A stretch of DNA of 37,991 nucleotides from Monocercomonoides exilis PA203 (lineage: Eukaryota > Protista > Preaxostyla), in contig LSRY02000087.1 in the NCBI GenBank assembly GCA_001643675.2, positions 1-37,991 of the forward strand, given 5' to 3'. The stretch's first letter is position 1; the number at the start of each line of letters is the position of its first letter. Made by a program: the position numbers and the translations under genes. Of the stretch, positions 34,584-37,991 are shown in pieces. The notes under the pieces are model-generated. The model did not search any database. It was not told the origin of the DNA and saw nothing but the letters and a program-made list of their open reading frames with translations.

Positions 34584-34846
34584 TGTATATCCTGTTCATG
34601 GTAAAATGGGGAAATTTTATCAATGAAGATAATCAACAAATACAAACGTCCTTGTTTTTCCCATTTTCAAAATAAAAAAGGTTAACAATGAATGTAAAAA
34701 GGCTTTTCTTTTGATAATTGAACCAAAAGTGAATATTCAACGAGAATGAATATGTTTGCACAACATAAGAAATGAAAGTCTTTAGATAATTTTTTATGGA
34801 AAGCACAATAAGTTGTGTTCAGATGATAAAGATTTCATATTTATAT

Positions 34847-35112
34847 GGGGAAAATACGGACTTTCAAGCTTTTTTGCGCAAGGCATTGAAAAATTGCTTC
34901 ACTCATAACTTTATTTTTGCTTTTTCAGATTTCAAATTTAATAAGATTTTCACATCCGTAAGCAGGCATCGTTGAAATCAAATCAAAAAGTTTTCCGACA
35001 TTTCACGAATGTCAAAAAATGGATCCATTTTTATTATGTTTTTTGACATAAAATAGTTTTTGAAAAGTACATAATTATTCAATGAAAACGCCTGAAGCAA
35101 AGTATTTTACCC
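34847..35112. mobile_element. MITE (family C), 266 bp, 3-bp TAT target-site duplication, PIF/Harbinger(Tourist)-like
   Basis: TAT|GGGGAAAATAC...GTATTTTACCC|TAT, with TIRs matching 10/11 and 20/28 extended. The homologous left-arm site (~3991-3993) is empty and has a single TAT on the minus strand. Confidence 0.82.
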
Positions 35113-35737
35113 TATCGTTGTCTGATTTGATGTTTAATTCAATTCGTAAAACTTCAATTTGATATTATCGTTCATTTTGGTTTTGTGATATTTTGAAATA
35201 TTAAGTTATTTTTGGGAAGATTGAATTAATTCAAACAAAACAATGATGAACATTCTTCAGAAAAACTGATGAATAGCAAAACATTGTTGATAAAAAACTT
35301 GACAATATTATATCAATAATATTTGTTTTTGATAAGAAAAAGTATTCTTCTTAATTGTTTTTATGTAAGTCTGATAACAACTGATTCACATAAATTGCTT
35401 AAAAGTGTCATCTCCTTTTCCAGCTTCGTAATTATCTTCATCAAATGAATTTGAAATTTTTGACTTAACGTGGTTCAAAAACGAAGTTTTAAAAAGTGAA
35501 ATTTCACAAACGCTTTCAACTATTTCCTTTGAAAGAAAACAACATTAATAAGTTTTATAAATCATAGGAATTCCGAATATATTTAAAAACTGATAAAGCT
35601 CACATTACTATATCATTCACTTTCATCATTTTGAAATTTAAAAACAAAAATTACGAAATGAAATGCTAGAAGCGATTACAAACAATAATATTCATAAATC
35701 ATTTTATTAACAGATAAAACAGAATTGCCTATTTTTA

Positions 35738-37390
35738 TCAAAATTCGTCTACTCCTTCAAAAGGATCTGTTTCATCCTCTTCTGTGTCTTCATCAAGTTT
35801 TTGATTTCCTACACTGTGCAGTCCAATGCATCGAGCTTCCTCAATGTCTCTTTTTTTCATTTCTTTCTCTTTTAAATGCAAATTTTCTTCTGCATCACTG
35901 CCATCATCACCAAGTCCAGAAGCCAGCTCAGCCACCCGATCAATCTTTGCCAATCCAAACTTCTCCCCCATTTTCTGATATGCAATCTCGCATTTTTTGA
36001 AAAACTCAGCCGTCTCATTGTCTAAAATGAAATCTGCATCATCCAAATACCGATTGGCGCTCAGCTCTTCAGAAGACGTCACCCCATTTTCTTCATTGTC
36101 ATCATAGAACACAATAGAATCACTGTCTTCATCGTCGCTAACTTCATTAACACTAAGTTCGTCTCCTTCCTTGTCTTTCACTGTTTCTTTTCTTCCTCCT
36201 TCAATTCTGCTTCCTTTCTCTTTTTTGGCTAAAGCTTCTTCTATGTGAAGATGAAAAGATAACTCTTCTTTTTTCTCTTCTTCTTCGTTCCTGCTAACTC
36301 TATACAATTTTCCAGAATTCTGCGTCTGGCCTTTCTTCTTTACTTGCTCTGAAAATTCCCACTCATCACTTATGCTATCATTTTCATCATCTTCTTCCTT
36401 CTCCGCAAATGCATAAAGAGCACGAGGAACAGGAAGCGCATTGGGATTTTGATGAGAAAGACCTGGCTTGATCAGTAATTTACCTCCAATAACGTGCACA
36501 ATTGGAGATTTGGCAATGCCGTTTTGAGGACTATTTGCCAAATTTGTCCCTCCATCACTGACTGATCTATGATGTTGAATGGACTTGTCTGCATCAGATG
36601 ATGAAATCGGAGCGGTTGTTGCAAGAGAGGATGATGGTGACTGTATTGGAGTCGGTGATGGAGAAAGAGAAATTGAAGAGGTTTCATGAGAACTGGAAGA
36701 TGTTAAAGATGAAGGAAGAAGTGAAGAAGGTGAATGAGAATGTGATGTTGTTGATTGAGAAACTGTTGAGCGAGGAATTCGTGAAGGGCGTAAAGATGAA
36801 GATGTTGAAGTGTTAGCAAATGAAGATATTGAAGTGGATGTTGAAGATGCATGAAGACTTGAAGATAGTTTTGTTTTTTTTAACTTTGATATTGGATTTG
36901 CAGTTGTTTGCTTTGATAACTGAATTGCGATTTGGAAAATATCAGACTTTGGAATCTCTTTTGGAATTGTTTTGCTTATGACACGATATTCAACTCGTTG
37001 TTTTCGCATTTGAGATAAATTTTTCTGAGTATCAAATTGAGCTGCGCTAATGACTTCAGTGCAAACAGGTATCTGCATCCTTTGTTTAGTAGTACTTATT
37101 GTAATGTGGGAAGCTATTCGTCCAACTCTTGACGCATAAAGTCGAACTTCCAAAGAAATAATTGCTGATACTTTCGGTTCAACAATTTGAATGCTCTGGT
37201 GTGCACAAGGAATAACTTCTATAAGTTCACTTTCAAATTTTCCAGGCCGCATTGCAATTAATAATATTGTCGAATATATTTGTCCTCTTTTGACAACTCC
37301 AAAGTCCAAACGATCAGGATAAACAACAACTCCTCCATTGATAACACGTGGAAGCAATCGCTCCAAAAGTCGGATATCATTTTGCTGCAT
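35738..37390 (-). CDS. Hypothetical protein (550 aa): N-terminal Ig-like/ASH(MSP)-like beta domain candidate, Ser/Thr-rich linker, acidic C-terminal half; possibly the last exon of a spliced gene
   Basis: Uninterrupted 1653-bp ORF in AT-rich DNA. VYPDRLDFGVVKRGQIYSTILLI resembles the P-x-x-LDFG start of ASH/MSP-type domains. The ATG lies within a 3'-splice-site-like sequence (ttttctattttaatgcag|caa). Confidence 0.8.
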   Translation of the reverse strand: MQQNDIRLLERLLPRVINGGVVVYPDRLDFGVVKRGQIYSTILLIAMRPGKFESELIEVIPCAHQSIQIVEPKVSAIISLEVRLYASRVGRIASHITISTTKQRMQIPVCTEVISAAQFDTQKNLSQMRKQRVEYRVISKTIPKEIPKSDIFQIAIQLSKQTTANPISKLKKTKLSSSLHASSTSTSISSFANTSTSSSLRPSRIPRSTVSQSTTSHSHSPSSLLPSSLTSSSSHETSSISLSPSPTPIQSPSSSLATTAPISSSDADKSIQHHRSVSDGGTNLANSPQNGIAKSPIVHVIGGKLLIKPGLSHQNPNALPVPRALYAFAEKEEDDENDSISDEWEFSEQVKKKGQTQNSGKLYRVSRNEEEEKKEELSFHLHIEEALAKKEKGSRIEGGRKETVKDKEGDELSVNEVSDDEDSDSIVFYDDNEENGVTSSEELSANRYLDDADFILDNETAEFFKKCEIAYQKMGEKFGLAKIDRVAELASGLGDDGSDAEENLHLKEKEMKKRDIEEARCIGLHSVGNQKLDEDTEEDETDPFEGVDEF

Positions 37391-37991
37391 TAAAATAGAA
37401 AATAAACTCTTCCTTTATAACTATCGCACTTTGTTAATTATTGGAATTATTTAACAATAAAAAATGAAATTGTGCCATAAATGGAATATTTTGATCAAAA
37501 ATTTTCATCAATTTGTTTTGGTTAAAGATCGAATGTCAAAATCTTTAGGTTTAATTTATTTTGGAATGTGTCGTGAGCAAGTAATATTTTACTTCTAACT
37601 TTTACATTTGTGTAGAATTTATACATGATTCTGGAAAGATAATAAGATTTACTGATTGCGATTTTGTTCCTCAAGAAAAGCGCGATTTTTGTGAATCTGA
37701 TGCTTTTCAATCTTCATCTCAAACATTTTCATCTTCAAGTTCAGCTTTTCAAAAGACTCAAGTTAAAGATAATGAAATTGAATTGGAAGATAAAGTTGAC
37801 CTGAGAACAATTGTTTGCGTTCAGTTTATTTTTCATATTTTCTATTTTCACATCCTCACATATTTAGGCTCAACTGAGATATTTAAAAAATACGAAAACA
37901 AAAGAAAACGAATTTATTTACGAAATTTAGAAATTGTAACTCGCAAATACGAAGAACAGATTGAACCTTTAATTAAGCAGAGAAATAAAGC

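Larger units (their letters stand above)
34340..35200 (-). repeat. Outer, older part of the right palindrome arm, interrupted by a MITE
   Basis: Aligns to 3906-4500 once 34847-35112 is removed. Confidence 0.85.

Noticed and set aside
1-37991. CRISPR arrays, rRNA/tRNA genes, telomeric arrays, prokaryotic operon signals
   Set aside because: No regularly spaced direct repeats or recognisable structural RNA seen, only isolated CCCTAA/TTAGGG hexamers. The context is eukaryotic.

Overview
AT-rich eukaryotic (protist) DNA; the gene family and composition suggest an oxymonad such as Monocercomonoides, which is inference only. The window is dominated by one giant inverted duplication. Its near-identical arms are 4750-19343 and 19496-34054 (about 14.6 kb each), and older, diverged homology extends out to about 3906/35200. 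Each arm carries a ~12.4-kb gene for a ~4100-aa type-I membrane protein: signal peptide, Cys/Gly-rich beta-helix-like modules, one TM helix and a kinase-like C-lobe lacking the catalytic motifs. The two copies are convergent (tail-to-tail) and broken by many single-base, mostly homopolymer frameshifts. The symmetry axis lies inside a 252-bp MITE (19294-19545), and related MITEs with 4-bp AWWT target duplications occur at 920, 3565, 18102 and 20470. Outside the palindrome are a decayed pogo/Fot1-type DDE transposase (left), a second MITE type inserted in only one arm, and a 550-aa ORF (right). All alignments and identity figures were done by eye.
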